Below, one piece after another: positions 24,226 to 37,699 of a stretch of DNA of 64,000 nucleotides. Origin of the DNA: Octopus sinensis (taxonomy: Eukaryota); contig NC_042998.1 in the NCBI RefSeq assembly GCF_006345805.1, forward strand, positions 79,484,001 through 79,548,000, in the 5' to 3' direction. A program made the translations under genes and the position numbers. Numbering within the stretch: position 1 is the stretch's first letter; each line of letters opens with the position of its first letter. The notes beneath the pieces are model-generated. The model had not been told where the DNA came from. It did no database searches and worked only from the letters and a program-made list of their open reading frames with translations.

Positions 24226-27200
24226 GGGATAACCAATATTAAATAATTTATTAGCTGGTCATATGAAATTCAGTTCATGTATTTGTATATATGTAAATAA
24301 GAGGTGACAGGAGTTCAAGGAGCAGTTATTCTGGTTGTAGTAAGAGAGTTTCTTTCTGTCTATGTGACAAATCTTATGACACTCATGCTGGTATGTCATA
24401 TGGTAGGGATACTGAATATGGATAATTTTCAGAGAGTGGGGAGAAATGTGGGCTCCAATTCAGCCATGAAAAATGATAATTAGTAGGCAGAAATGTTAAC
24501 TAGCATGAAAATCAAAGCACACGTGAGGTAAGATGGTAAATGGGCATTTAAACAAGCCCAAAGTGCACAGAAGAAATAACTGCAATGGTACAAGACAATA
24601 TGAAATGGGCAGAAGTTCTGAGTGAAAAAGTACAAGGTATTACTGATAGTTATTATTTTAAAAATAAAAAAAAAAGGTAAAGTTACCTTCTCTGTTCACA
24701 CTGACTCATAAGGGTAAGTTTTCCAGTTTCCATGACTTCTAAATTCCCCACCTGGACGGGACGCCGGTCTGTCGTAGGATTACTCATTTTTGCCAGCTGA
24801 GTGGACTGAGCTATGTGGAAAGTGTTTTGCTCAAGGACACAACACACTGCCCAGTCCAGGAATCGAAACCACAATCTTATGATCATGAGTCCAACAACCT
24901 AACCACTAAGACACACACACCTCCACATAGTTATTTAGCCCTAAATCAGCTCTAATAGAACAAGCCATAATCAAATGTATTTTCAGGCATTACAATTTAT
25001 CCTTTATGTGGCAGGGGAGGGAGGAGTATAATCTGACTACACTGTATAATTTTCCTTGGTATTTTAAGAGAGTAAGGTTTCAATTGAAGAATACTTTCAG
25101 CGCCAGATTGACTGTTAATATAAGCCTAAACAAAGGCACCAATGGAATTTTTGCCAGTGCAAGGTTTACTAATTAGAGGTCTTTTAATGAATAAAGTGAG
25201 TCGAAAGTTTTCATTTTCTCTATTAATCTAATTCATTATCATTTAATGTCTGTTTTCCATGCTGGCATGGGTCGAACAGTTGACCAGAGCTGTTAAGGCC
25301 AGCAGCCACACCAGGCTCCATTGCCTGTATTGGCATGGTTTCTACAGCTGGATGCCCTTCCTAACGCCAACCACTCCACTGAGTATACTGGGAGCTTTAT
25401 ATGTGGCACCAGTGCCAGTACTTTTAATGTAGCACCAACACAAGTACTTTTTATGTAGCACCAGCACTTTTTATGTAGCACCAGTACTTTTTATGTAGCA
25501 CCAGTACTTTTTATGTAGCACCAGCACCAGTAACAATTCTATTGTGACAGATGGGTCTTCTTGAGTACAGCAGTGTACCAAATATCTTAGTCCTTAGTCA
25601 TCTCCTTCATAAGGCTCAGTGTCTTAAGAAAGATATAAGTTGCTTACTGTTATTTAGTGTAAAAAGAATAAAAAACAGATCACATTTAATATTGTTATGG
25701 GGTTTGATCTGACCTGGAAAATTCTTCGTCAATCAGTCAATGAAAAGGATCAAGGATGCATCAGTCTAGGTCCAAGCTTAGAGCATCAATTGGTCATGAC
25801 TGGCCCTGGATTTGGGGCTGTTATTTCTAGTAGGTCAAGTGACCATACAGAAGTTTCCTAATTGGTCTGATACCAGTAGGAAGAAAAAGACTTGTCACTT
25901 GGGAATAAGTGTTGAGATAAAACTTCAGAATACTGAGACTAACAGAAACAATGACAAGCAACCGAAACATATAGCATTAAATACAAGCTAATAGAGAAAA
26001 AAAGACGATAAACACAATTATGAAAGGTAATGTGAAGGGCATCCAGCTGTAGAAACTGCCAGATCAGATTGGGGCTTGGTGCAGCTATCTGGTTCGCCAG
26101 TCCTCAGTCAAATCGTCCAACCCATGCTAGCATGGAAAGCGGAAGTTAAACGATGATGATAATAATGATGATGAATGGGAGAAGACGACACGTTATGTAT
26201 ATAAATCATGTGTATGTACATCATGTGAAAAGATACAGAAGCATACAAGAGATAAAAATTAGGGGATAAAATGTGACACTGGAATAGACAGCTGTTCGAA
26301 TTACACAACACTTTATCGAGTCGACTTTTAGAAATAATTTTTTTATTCTACTGTTTCCACTCAGCTTATTTCCATGTAGTTAGCAATTTGGGTGAGTGTG
26401 TATGTGGAGGGAGGGGTGAGTTGATCATATCGACCTCAGTATTCAACTGGTAATTATTTTATCAACCAAGGCAAAGTCGACCTCAGCAGAATTTGAACTA
26501 AGCGTAAAAGACTGGCGAAATACCGCTATGCATTTTACCCGGTGTGCTAACGATTCTACCAGCTCAACGCCTTAATATAACCGATTATCGATAAATGTTA
26601 TGCTAACATTTTGTTGCAGCTATTCGTGCAATGACACGGTTAGCATTTATTATTATTATTATTATTAAACAAGGTTAACGAATTATTAATACTTGTTACT
26701 GCCTCATAATTTCACCATCATCAAGATTTGCAGAGAGAAATCATTTTGATATTTCGGTTGAGTCTAAACTCACATCATTAAGAATTCTAGAGAAAAACAT
26801 TTACATCACAACTTCTTATTTCCTCACCTAAAAATAAAAACCTTCTAAATCGACAAATTCTAAAAATGCGGAATAGTTTATTTTCCTAAACAGCAAATGA
26901 AATACAGCTGCAAGCAACCTTAATGTTTGTTTTGGAGGTCGTAGACTGGTGGCTCTAATACAAATATACAAGATGATTTTATTTACATAGATATAAGGAA
27001 AGAGGAACTGAAATTTATTTATACCTTTCTTAATGACTTTAGCAATTAACGTGAGAAGAAACATCGATATTATCGATTACTAGTTATTGATATTTCACTC
27101 GACATCACTAATGTCCTTGAAAAAGCATGTATATACACATATTTTATACATTCTCAATTCTCATCCCACTTATGTTGCATAGCTGTTAGTCAACATTGAT

Positions 27201-30109
27201 CGAATAGACTTTTGGTCAGAGACGTTCCAGTAATGAACATCCTGACTAGTTTTCATTTGTAGTTTATCCAGGAACGAATTATTCAGTAATCTAAAGGAGA
27301 TATGACTGCTGTTACTAGGAAGTTTAGCGACTACAGAGCAGATGTTAATGCTTATGTAAGTACTGGTGTATCAGACCAGTGCTAAAGAGACAAAAGATAA
27401 CTAAAGAACTAAAGAGACAAAAAAATTTATTTTTAATCATTTATATGATCATACAAAATTAACATCTATCGTTCCAGCTGAGATCCTTCGGAATTTGTCA
27501 CTGGCGATGATGAAAGAAAAAAAAAACAAATAATAAACGTAAAATATCCTTCATTCAAAGTTATCTATCAATTATTTCTTCGTTGTATTTTTTCCAACTC
27601 TCTCTCTTTCTTAAGTACATTATCGTAACATCGATACAACTAATTTACAAACATATCGAAAATGTATGAAACTTGACTTTGGAGGGGGAAAATTACATTA
27701 GTAACAAAATTTATAGTAACTCCACGTGGCAGGACACGATATAGTAAACTATACACACAGAAACATGCCCTGGCCAAAAATGACATTCATGACAAAATTT
27801 TAGCGGATACACTCATTAAACGAGTCGCCATACATGACCTTTTACAAATAGCAGCCAAATATCCCTCAAATCATACACTAGACTATCATCTTAAAGGAGA
27901 TAGCACGCATTTTACAGAATGTTCCTGGATGCACAATGTCTGAATGAACAAATGAGATAGTTATGATTGGACTTAAAACATATGAGCTCGATCTCCGAGG
28001 ATGGAATAGCAGCAACAATGGGTGGAGGGAATGAAAGAGATATCTTCAACTTCTCATATTTCTTTAAAGCGTACTCGTATACAAGCATTTCGAAAATTAC
28101 GGTGACAGAAAGAAAGAAAAAAGAAGTAATGAGTTGTATAGTCCCTAATTAACCCAGAGCCAACATAGCTAAACACATTACACAGACATATTCTAAGACT
28201 ACATTGTATAATATATTCTTTCTGTTTTAAAATGATGGGGAGTGATTTAAGGGATTTGGCTGCTATTTCTTCTAAGCGTGTAGAGGTTATTGCGTTCTGT
28301 TTGTAGTCTACAAATAGAGACAACTAAATTCAAGACATGAATTTGAATTATTTACAAAACAAAAAAACCTACTTGACATATACCAAAAAATAACATTTAA
28401 AGGTTATTTGAACATTTTTATGGGACCTTACATAAGAGCCAGCCAAATACATTGATTTATTGTTGGGTGTATTTCAACTGACACCGCTATCCTCTAAGAT
28501 TACCTACATGTATAAGCCTATTTGTTTAAGCTAGTTGAATTTAATTCCATTCACATTTAGGATGCCTTTGAGGAACATCAAATCGACCTCAGTACTTGTG
28601 CCTTATTTAATCGACTCTGAAATCATTAAAGGCGACGTTGACCTCGAAGGGATTTGAACTCGGAATGTAAAGAACAAATTTTTTTCCCCCATCATTTTAA
28701 CGTTTCTACTGATTTTAAATGAACGCTGGAGATCATTTGAAACCAGGTTTAGTTTTATGAATGGTTTACGTCGGTAATAATTAGTTTAATAATAAAGTAT
28801 ACCTGCCCACAAGCTCAATTTCGTGAATTTTACTGACAAGTAATCGGGCGACCTTCTAGCATTAAACTACAGCCAACACAAGCCAAGAATATAGCTAATT
28901 AAAATCATGACTTTTACACCTTTTCCTCGAGTATTAATGAAAAGTGTAAAAATATCTTAAACAGTGGTTTTGGCTTGGCCTATTCTAATTTCAATAATTC
29001 GCCCGCCACATATCAATACCAACCACACACAAACATTTATTTTGTGTGCGTATGTATGCGCAATTACAACAAATGTATACGATATTTAGAAACGAAAACA
29101 AGAAACACATATGGGATTTGGCACATAATTTAAAAGGAACAAATATATATACAACACACACAAACCCGTCTTTCCGACCGACCTTATTAATGCGTTCAGT
29201 TCTGTCTACATAATACATCGTCGCCCTATGGTACCGTCCCAAATATGTAGGGGTAAATTTATTTGAAGGGAGATGGAAAGGAAGCTAGCATAAAACCGGT
29301 CATATCCTTAACAGGGTATTTAACTTTACAGTCGTTTACCTTTTACAATTTGCATATCGACCTTCATTCAATTGGTTTAGATAACACACACCTTCATTCC
29401 TTACATATACACACACACTTATATAAATATATATATATATTATATATATATTCAGGTTCTATTACTTCCCCCTGCTTCTTCTAGGGACCAAGTACTAAAT
29501 ATACCAATATATTTCAATGTTTATAATTGTTTTGCTTACTAACATTTTATGAACTGGCTTTCGTGATCTTCACTATTTACCCTTGAGACTAATAATTACA
29601 TAAATTATATTACTCCTTCAACAAATACCTGTTCAGTGAAATGTGATTACAGGGTACTTGAGAACTCAGAAGACGAACAGTAGACATTTGGTAGTGAAAG
29701 AGATAAAATACAAAAGCAACAACGGTTATTATAAAACTTGTAGTGCAGTAAATGATGATACTTTTCTTTCTAGGAGTTAATACACATTTAATAACAACTT
29801 AGGTAAAGATTTTTTCTTTTATATAATTGGTGTTGTTAATAGTCCAGACTTACCGCGAATACATCCCCGTAGAAGCGACATGGCCATCGAAGAGACTCTG
29901 CTCGCTCTTTCTTTCCCTCTCTCGCTCTCTTTCTCTCTCTGTGAATGTGCGTATATTTTACAGTTTGCCAGTTCACCTCATAGTACGCTCTTTCATTCTC
30001 TCCCTTTCCCTCACTGTTACCTCGATCTCTATTACCTTCTCTTTATTGGTACTCACACACTAGAGCGACACAATACATATATGCGTATATACGTGTGTGT
30101 ATATATATA

Positions 30110-30181
30110 CTTTATTTAAAAGCAGCAGAAATATCGCAGAAACTGTTACTCAGTTTCGCGTTCCCGTTCGTCGGATAGTTT
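30110..30181 (-). ncRNA. Degenerate minimal type I hammerhead ribozyme motif in a single Penelope-type terminal repeat arm
   Basis: Minus strand reads aaactat-CCGACGA-a-cg-GGAA-cg-c-GAAA-ctgag-TA-acagttt; diverged homologue of the palindrome arms. Confidence 0.5.
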
Positions 30182-30275
30182 ATATATATATATTTGTATG
30201 TTTATGTATGTATATATATATATAGATATATGCACAGACATATATGAATATATACATACACACATATATACATAC

Positions 30276-30306
<31 letters not shown>

Positions 30307-30566
30307 CACATATATAGACATATATATATACACACACATATATATATACATATATATATTATATACATATATATATATAATATTTACATATAATATATAT
30401 ATATAATCAACAGTATATTGGATAATTGATATCCTATAGTGGGTTACATTCATAACCCCTATCTTACTTTGTACTATATACATATATATATATATTTAAT
30501 ATATATGCATATATATATATAATATATATACACATATGATATATATAATGTATATATACACATATG

Positions 30567-30598
<32 letters not shown>

Positions 30599-30691
30599 TA
30601 CATATAATATATATACACACATATATATAAAATACTTACATATAATATATATTTATACACATATATTATAAAATATATATATATAAATATA

Positions 30692-30847
30692 CTTTATTTT
30701 AAGCAGCAGAAAATTCAACAAAATCTGTTACTCTGAGTTTCTCATTGCTGTTCATCAGACAGTTTTTGCTAGAAAACTGTCTGATGAACGGCAACGAGAA
30801 ACTCAGAGTAACAGATTTTGTTGAATTTTCTGCTGCTTAAAATAAAG
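30692..30847. ncRNA. 156-bp palindrome carrying a minimal type I hammerhead motif on each strand (copy 1)
   Basis: 75-bp arms (2 mismatches) around a 6-nt loop TGCTAG. Plus: aaaactgt-CTGATGA(30781-87)-a-cg-GCAA-cg-a-GAAA-ctcagag-TA|acagattt. Minus: aaaactgt-CTGATGA-a-ca-GCAA-tg-a-GAAA-ctcagag-TA|acagattt. Confidence 0.75.
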
Positions 30848-31464
30848 CATATTACTCTACCACTGGTATTTGAGAACTCTTTTTTCCACCTTGTTTCACA
30901 TTTATGTGTTTACTCCGGTATATATAAATATATACAGATATAATATATATTTATATACATATATAAATATTTACATGTATATAATATATAAATTAATGTA
31001 TAATATATATTATATATAAATAATATATAATATATATTATATACTCCTGTACTCCTTTAGTTGTTTCAGTTATTTGACTGCGGCCATGCTGGAGCACCGC
31101 CTTTAATCGAGCAACTCGACCCCGGGACTTATTCTTTGTAAGCCCAGTACTTATTCTATCGGTCTCTTTTGCCGAACCGCTAGGTGACGGGGACATAAAC
31201 ACACCAGCATCGGTTGTCAAGCAATACTAGGGGGACAAACACAGACACACAAACACACATACACATACATATATATATACATATATACGACAGGCTTCTT
31301 TCAGTTTCCATCTACCAAATCCACTCACAAGGCTTTGGTCGGCCCGAGGCTATAGTAGAAGACACTTGCCCAAGATGCCACGCAGTGGGACTGAACCCGG
31401 AACCATGTGGTTGGTAAACAAGCTACTTACCACACAGCCACTCCTGTGCCTATATGTATACATA

Positions 31465-31501
<37 letters not shown>

Positions 31502-31888
31502 TATATATATATATTTATATATATATATATATAAATATATATAAATGTATATTTATATAAATATATACATATATATATATATACATATTTACATATACAT
31601 ATATATATATAATCAACAGTATATTGGATAATTGATATCCTATAGTGGGTTACATTCATAACCCCTATCTTACTTTGTACTATATACATATATATATATA
31701 TTTAATATATATGCATATATATAATATATATACACATATGATATATATAATGTATATATACACATATGATATATATATATATATATATATATAAATAATA
31801 TATAATATATATACACACATATATATAAAATACTTACATATATATATATTTATACACATATATTATAAAATATATATATATAAATATA

Positions 31889-32044
31889 CTTTATTTTAAG
31901 CAGCAGAAAATTCAACAAAATCTGTTACTCTGAGTTTCTCATTGCTGTTCATCAGACAGTTTTTGCTAGAAAACTGTCTGATGAACGGCAACGAGAAACT
32001 CAGAGTAACAGATTTTGTTGAATTTTCTGCTGCTTAAAATAAAG
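31889..32044. ncRNA. Hammerhead palindrome copy 2
   Basis: Identical to copy 1, offset 1197 bp. Confidence 0.75.
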
Positions 32045-32885
32045 CATATTACTCTACCACTGGTATTTGAGAACTCTTTTTTCCACCTTGTTTCACATTT
32101 ATGTGTTTACTCCGGTATATATAAATATATACAGATATAATATATATTTATATACATATATAAATATTTACATGTATATAATATATAAATTAATGTATAA
32201 TATATATATATATAAATAATATATAATATATATTATATACTCCTGTACTCCTTTAGTTGTTTCAGTTATTTGACTGCGGCCATGCTGGAGCACCGCCTTT
32301 AATCGAGCAACTCGACCCCGGGACTTATTCTTTGTAAGCCCAGTACTTATTCTATCGGTCTCTTTTGCCGAACCGCTAGGTGACGGGGACATAAACACAC
32401 CAGCATCGGTTGTCAAGCAATACTAGGGGGACAAACACAGACACACAAACACACATACACATACATATATATATACATATATACGACAGGCTTCTTTCAG
32501 TTTCCATCTACCAAATCCACTCACAAGGCTTTGGTCGGCCCGAGGCTATAGTAGAAGACACTTGCCCAAGATGCCACGCAGTGGGACTGAACCCGGAACC
32601 ATGTGGTTGGTAAACAAGCTACTTACCACACAGCCACTCCTGTGCCTATATGTATACATATATATTTATATAAATATATACATATATATATTTATATATA
32701 TATATATGAATATTTACATATATATAAATATATATAAATGTATATTTATATAAATATATACATATATATATTATATATATATATATAATATTTACATATA
32801 ATATATATACACACATATATATAAAATACTTACATATAATATATATTTATACACATATATTATAAAATATATATATATAAATATA

Positions 32886-33040
32886 CTTTATTTTAAGCAG
32901 CAGAAAATTCAACAAAATCTGTTACTCTGAGTTTCTCATTGCTGTTCATCAGACAGTTTTTGCTAGAAAACTGTCTGATGAACGGCAACGAGAACTCAGA
33001 GTAACAGATTTTGTTGAATTTTCTGCTGCTTAAAATAAAG
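32886..33040. ncRNA. Hammerhead palindrome copy 3 (plus-strand GAAA reduced to GAA)
   Basis: Offset 997 bp from copy 2; one A missing at 32992-32994; minus-strand motif intact. Confidence 0.7.
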
Positions 33041-34499
33041 CATATTACTCTACCACTGGTATTTGAGAACTCTTTTTTCCACCTTGTTTCACATTTATGT
33101 GTTTACTCCGGTATATATAAATATATACATATATATATATATTTATATACATATATAAATATTTACATGTATATAATATATAAATTAATGTATAATATAT
33201 ATTATATATAAATAATATATAATATATATTATATACTCCTGTACTCCTTTAGTTGTTTCAGTTATTTGACTGCGGCCATGCTGGAGCACCGCCTTTAATC
33301 GAGCAACTCGACCCCGGGACTTATTCTTTGTAAGCCCAGTACTTATTCTATCGGTCTCTTTTGCCGAACCGCTAGGTGACGGGGACATAAACACACCAGC
33401 ATCGGTTGTCAAGCAATGCTAGGGGGACAAACACAGACACACAAACACACATACACATACATATATATATATATACATATATACGACAGGCTTCTTTCAG
33501 TTTCCATCTACCAAATCCACTCACAAGGCTTTGGTCGGCCCGAGGCTATAGTAGAAGACACTTGCCCAAGATGCCACGCAGTGGGACTGAACCCGGAACC
33601 ATGTGGTTGGTAAACAAGCTACTTACCACACAGCCACTCCTGTGCCTATATGTATACATATATATATATATAAATAATATATAATATATATTATATACTC
33701 CTGTACTCCTTTAGTTGTTTCAGTTATTTGACTGCGGCCATGCTGGAGCACCGCCTTTAATCGAGCAACTCGACCCCGGGACTTATTCTTTGTAAGCCCA
33801 GTACTTATTCTATCGGTCTCTTTTGCCGAACCGCTAGGTGACGGGGACATAAACACACCAGCATCGGTTGTCAAGCAATACTAGGGGGACAAACACAGAC
33901 ACACAAACACACATACACATACATATATATATACATATATACGACAGGCTTCTTTCAGTTTCCATCTACCAAATCCACTCACAAGGCTTTGGTCGGCCCG
34001 AGGCTATAGTAGAAGACACTTGCCCAAGATGCCACGCAGTGGGACTGAACCCGGAACCATGTGGTTGGTAAACAAGCTACTTACCACACAGCCACTCCTG
34101 TGCCTATATGTATACATATATATTTATATAAATATATACATATATATATTTATATATATATATATGAATATTTACATATATATAAATATATATAAATGTA
34201 TATTTATATAAATATATACATATATATATTTATATATATATATATATGAATATTTACATATATATAAATATATATAAATGTATATATATATAAATATATA
34301 CATATATAATATAGATATATACATATATAAATATTTACATTTATATATAATATATATATATACATATATATATAAATATATAGGAAATGTATCAGGACAT
34401 GAAATGTAAAAGCCGAACTAGACTACTTTATGCGCAACTCCATTGTCTCCCAAGACAAAAAGGATGCCAACATACATATACATACATATATACATATAT

Positions 34500-34713
34500 A
34501 ACAACACAGCTCCCATGACTTTCGGAAACATTTTTTCACGCTCAGAGTTGCTGAAGCATGGAATAAACTGCCTGCGTCAGTTGTTGACTGCCATGACACT
34601 GCATCCTTTAAGGCCCTCATGCTTTCCGAAATCCGCCGAAACTACACCTGATTATATATACACTTTAGATGAGTTGTAGTGCACCTGAGCACTGTACACA
34701 ATTATTATTATTA
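34500..34713 (+). mobile_element. CR1/L2-type LINE 3' end
   Basis: Reads HDFRKHFFTLRVAEAWNKLPASVVDCHDTASFKALML..*, followed by an (ATT)n tail. Confidence 0.75.
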
Positions 34714-34747
34714 TAAATATTTACATATATATAATATATATATGTGT

Positions 34748-34794
<47 letters not shown>

Positions 34795-35080
34795 TTATAT
34801 AAATATTTACATATATATAATATGTATGTACATATATATATATATAATATATATACACTTATACATATATATACACACAAACACACACAAATATATATAT
34901 ATATATTAGAAACTTTGGAGATGATGCACAGGTATTTTATATTAGAAGAAATGAGGTACTCAGAAATTCGGATGGTTCATATTTACAGATATTTATTTAT
35001 ATATTATATGTTTTTATACATCATATATTAGCGCTTTCGTCCATTCTGGTGGATTTTTGAAATGGAACCAAGTTCCTGTG

Positions 35081-36522
35081 GAAAAAGTTTGACCATTTTA
35101 TAGTGTCATTGAGTGTGTAGTGGTTGGGAGGGATATAAGATAGAACAAGAGGGTGATGAATGGGGAGAAAGTGAGAGAGAGCATGTGTGTGTGTGTGTGT
35201 GTTATTTTATATCTGAAAATAGTGTTAGAGAAAAAGAAGGGAAGGAAGAAAAGGGAGAGAGGAAGAAGAAAAAATTGTTTTGCTGGTTTCTTTTGTCGTT
35301 GGTAAGGATGGTTACTCCAAGAGGGGTCTAAGATCTTGGGGAAAAAGTTTGACCATTTTATAGTGTCATTGAGTGTGTAGTGGTTGGGAGGGATATAAGA
35401 TAGTACAAGAGGGTGAAGAATGGGGAGAAAGTGAGAGAGAGCATGTGTGTGTGTGTGTGTGTGTTATTTTGTATCTGAAAGTAGTGTTAGAGAAAAGGAA
35501 GGGAAGGAAGAAAAGGGACAGAAAGAAGACCATAAATTATATTCCTTTTCATCATTGTCTTGTGAGAGAGTGTGTATGTGTGTGTTTATGTGTGGTGCGT
35601 GTGTTTGTGTCTTAGTATCTGAAAGATACAAAGGAGGACTGGTCAAGTTGTTAAGAGTAATCAGTGCCACTTTTGTTTTTATTTTTTTGCAACTGTAAAT
35701 GGTTTTTGGTCTTTAGAAATTGGCCATTTCAAAAAAGAATTGTCTGGATTTCTTTTTATTATTGTTTTGTGAGGGTGTGTGTGCGGGGTGCCTGTGAGTC
35801 TGGCAGGAGTGTCATTGGAGAAGGGAAGAAAGAAGAAAAAGAGGAAGAAGAAACAATTGTGTTGATATTTATACCACCACTCAGTTCCTTCAATCCAATG
35901 TTTGATTACAAAAACAGGTCTGTTTTATTCACACTTTAAAAGTCAATTTGCTTTGGTGATTAACAAGAATGTAGTGCAATGTACAGTGTACTAAATGCTA
36001 CACTATGTTTGTTAAATTATAAATTGAAAGATTTGTCCTTCAATGTATGATGAGCAAAATTTCATAAGGTCCATACTTGAAAAAGAGAATTAAGTTTTAT
36101 CATACAGAAGCAAGTGATTCCACAAATTAAAGTAAAATGGTTTCATTCAAATATTAGAGTATCATTTGTTCAATGTTGTATTTTCAAAAACCAGAACATA
36201 TGTGTAGAACTCTGTGTGTGTGGGGGGGGAGTGCTTGTGAATCTGGAAGGGGTGTCGTTGGAGAAGGGAAGAAAGAAGAAAAAGAGGAAGAAGAAATAAC
36301 TGTGTTGATATTTATACCACTATTCCATTCTTTCAATCCAATGTTTGATTCCTGTGCTTACATGGGATGGAAAATGTGGATTACAAAAACAGGTTTGTTT
36401 TATTCACATTTTAAAAGTCAATTTGCTTTGGCGATTAACAAGAATGTAGAGTAATATACAGTGTACTAAATGTTACACTATAGTGTAGCATTTAGTACAC
36501 TATACTGGTGTATAGTGTACTA
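35081..36522. repeat. Local direct duplications ending in fold-back palindromes
   Basis: 35081-35255 matches 35341-35517 (260-bp period); ~35790-36006 matches ~36231-36480; palindromes at 36460-36501 and 36493-36522. Confidence 0.85.
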
Positions 36523-36689
36523 TATATATATATATATATATACAACAAGCTTCTTACAGTTTCTGTCTACCACATCCATTCACAAGGTTTTGGTCAGCTT
36601 GAGGCTATAGTAGAAAATACTTGCCCAAGGTGCCACGCAGTGGAACTGAACTCAGAGCCATGTGAACACAGCCATGCCTGCACCTACAA

Positions 36690-36725
<36 letters not shown>

Positions 36726-37699
36726 GTAACTATTAAAACGCATGCATTTGTGCATAATTCTTCAAATTTCTGTATGCCATCCTGGGGCACTGCCTTAAAG
36801 AATTTTCTTTTTTTAGTTGAACGAATCAACCCCAGTACTTGTCTTTTAAGCCTGATACTTATTCTATCAGCCTCTTAAGACCTGAACCTCTATGTTAGGG
36901 GAACATAAACAAACCAACACCAGATGTCAAGCAGTGGTGAGGAGACAGACACATATACACACTACATACATACATACATATGTACGTATGTATTGGTGTA
37001 TACATAAAACGTAATAAATGCACAAACAAACAGGAATCAGATATGGATGGTCACCAATTCCTCATCAGTTATCTGCCAACAGATCAATCACAACTTTGTG
37101 CCTAACCTATCTGTCTATGGATGGATGGATGGATGGTGCGGTGAATAAACCATCATCTAAATTATGCAAAAATGAAAATAACACTGACATCTCATTTTAA
37201 CATACAAATATTTTGAAATACCGAAGAATAAATTTATTCAATAAAATCACCTTTAGCTTCAACCATGGCCTCCACAACTTCAGAATCTTCTGCAACTCTT
37301 CTAGGCGGTCTCCTTGTTTAAGTTGGTGAATGCTATCACAATCCTTGCCTTTAGTTCATATTTGGTATTACAAGCAGTTTTGTTGGTCTCTCGCTCAACT
37401 GTACCCCACACATTATATTCAACACTGGTGGTTGAATATTATGTGTGAATATTATAAGCTTCAGCCTTAGGGCTGAAGTATATAAAAGAACACACACACA
37501 CACAAACACACACATAAATAAATATGCATACATATATATGCATGCATGTATATATTTATTGTTTCACTCGTTTCAGCCAGAAGTTGAGGCTGTACTGCTG
37601 CATTATCTTTCAATATAGTTGTCTCTTTCTTTTTTGTTTTTTGTTTTTCTGCGTTGTCTCTAGTGAAGTAGTGAGCTGGATGAAGGAGCTCTTCTTTGT

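Larger units (their letters stand above)
30400..34104. repeat. Near-identical tandem segmental repeat: TA-rich microsatellite + hammerhead palindrome + tRNA-derived SINE
   Basis: Palindromes start at 30692, 31889 and 32886; SINE copies (minus) at 31044-31450, 32240-32646, 33236-33646 and 33698-34104 share the same diagnostic variants. Confidence 0.95.

Noticed and set aside
30146-35031. Many Y/I/C/V/T/H-rich ORFs (also 41323-41843 and 43661-44174)
   Set aside because: They are translations of (TA)n, (CA)n and (CGCA)n microsatellites and SINE copies, not proteins.
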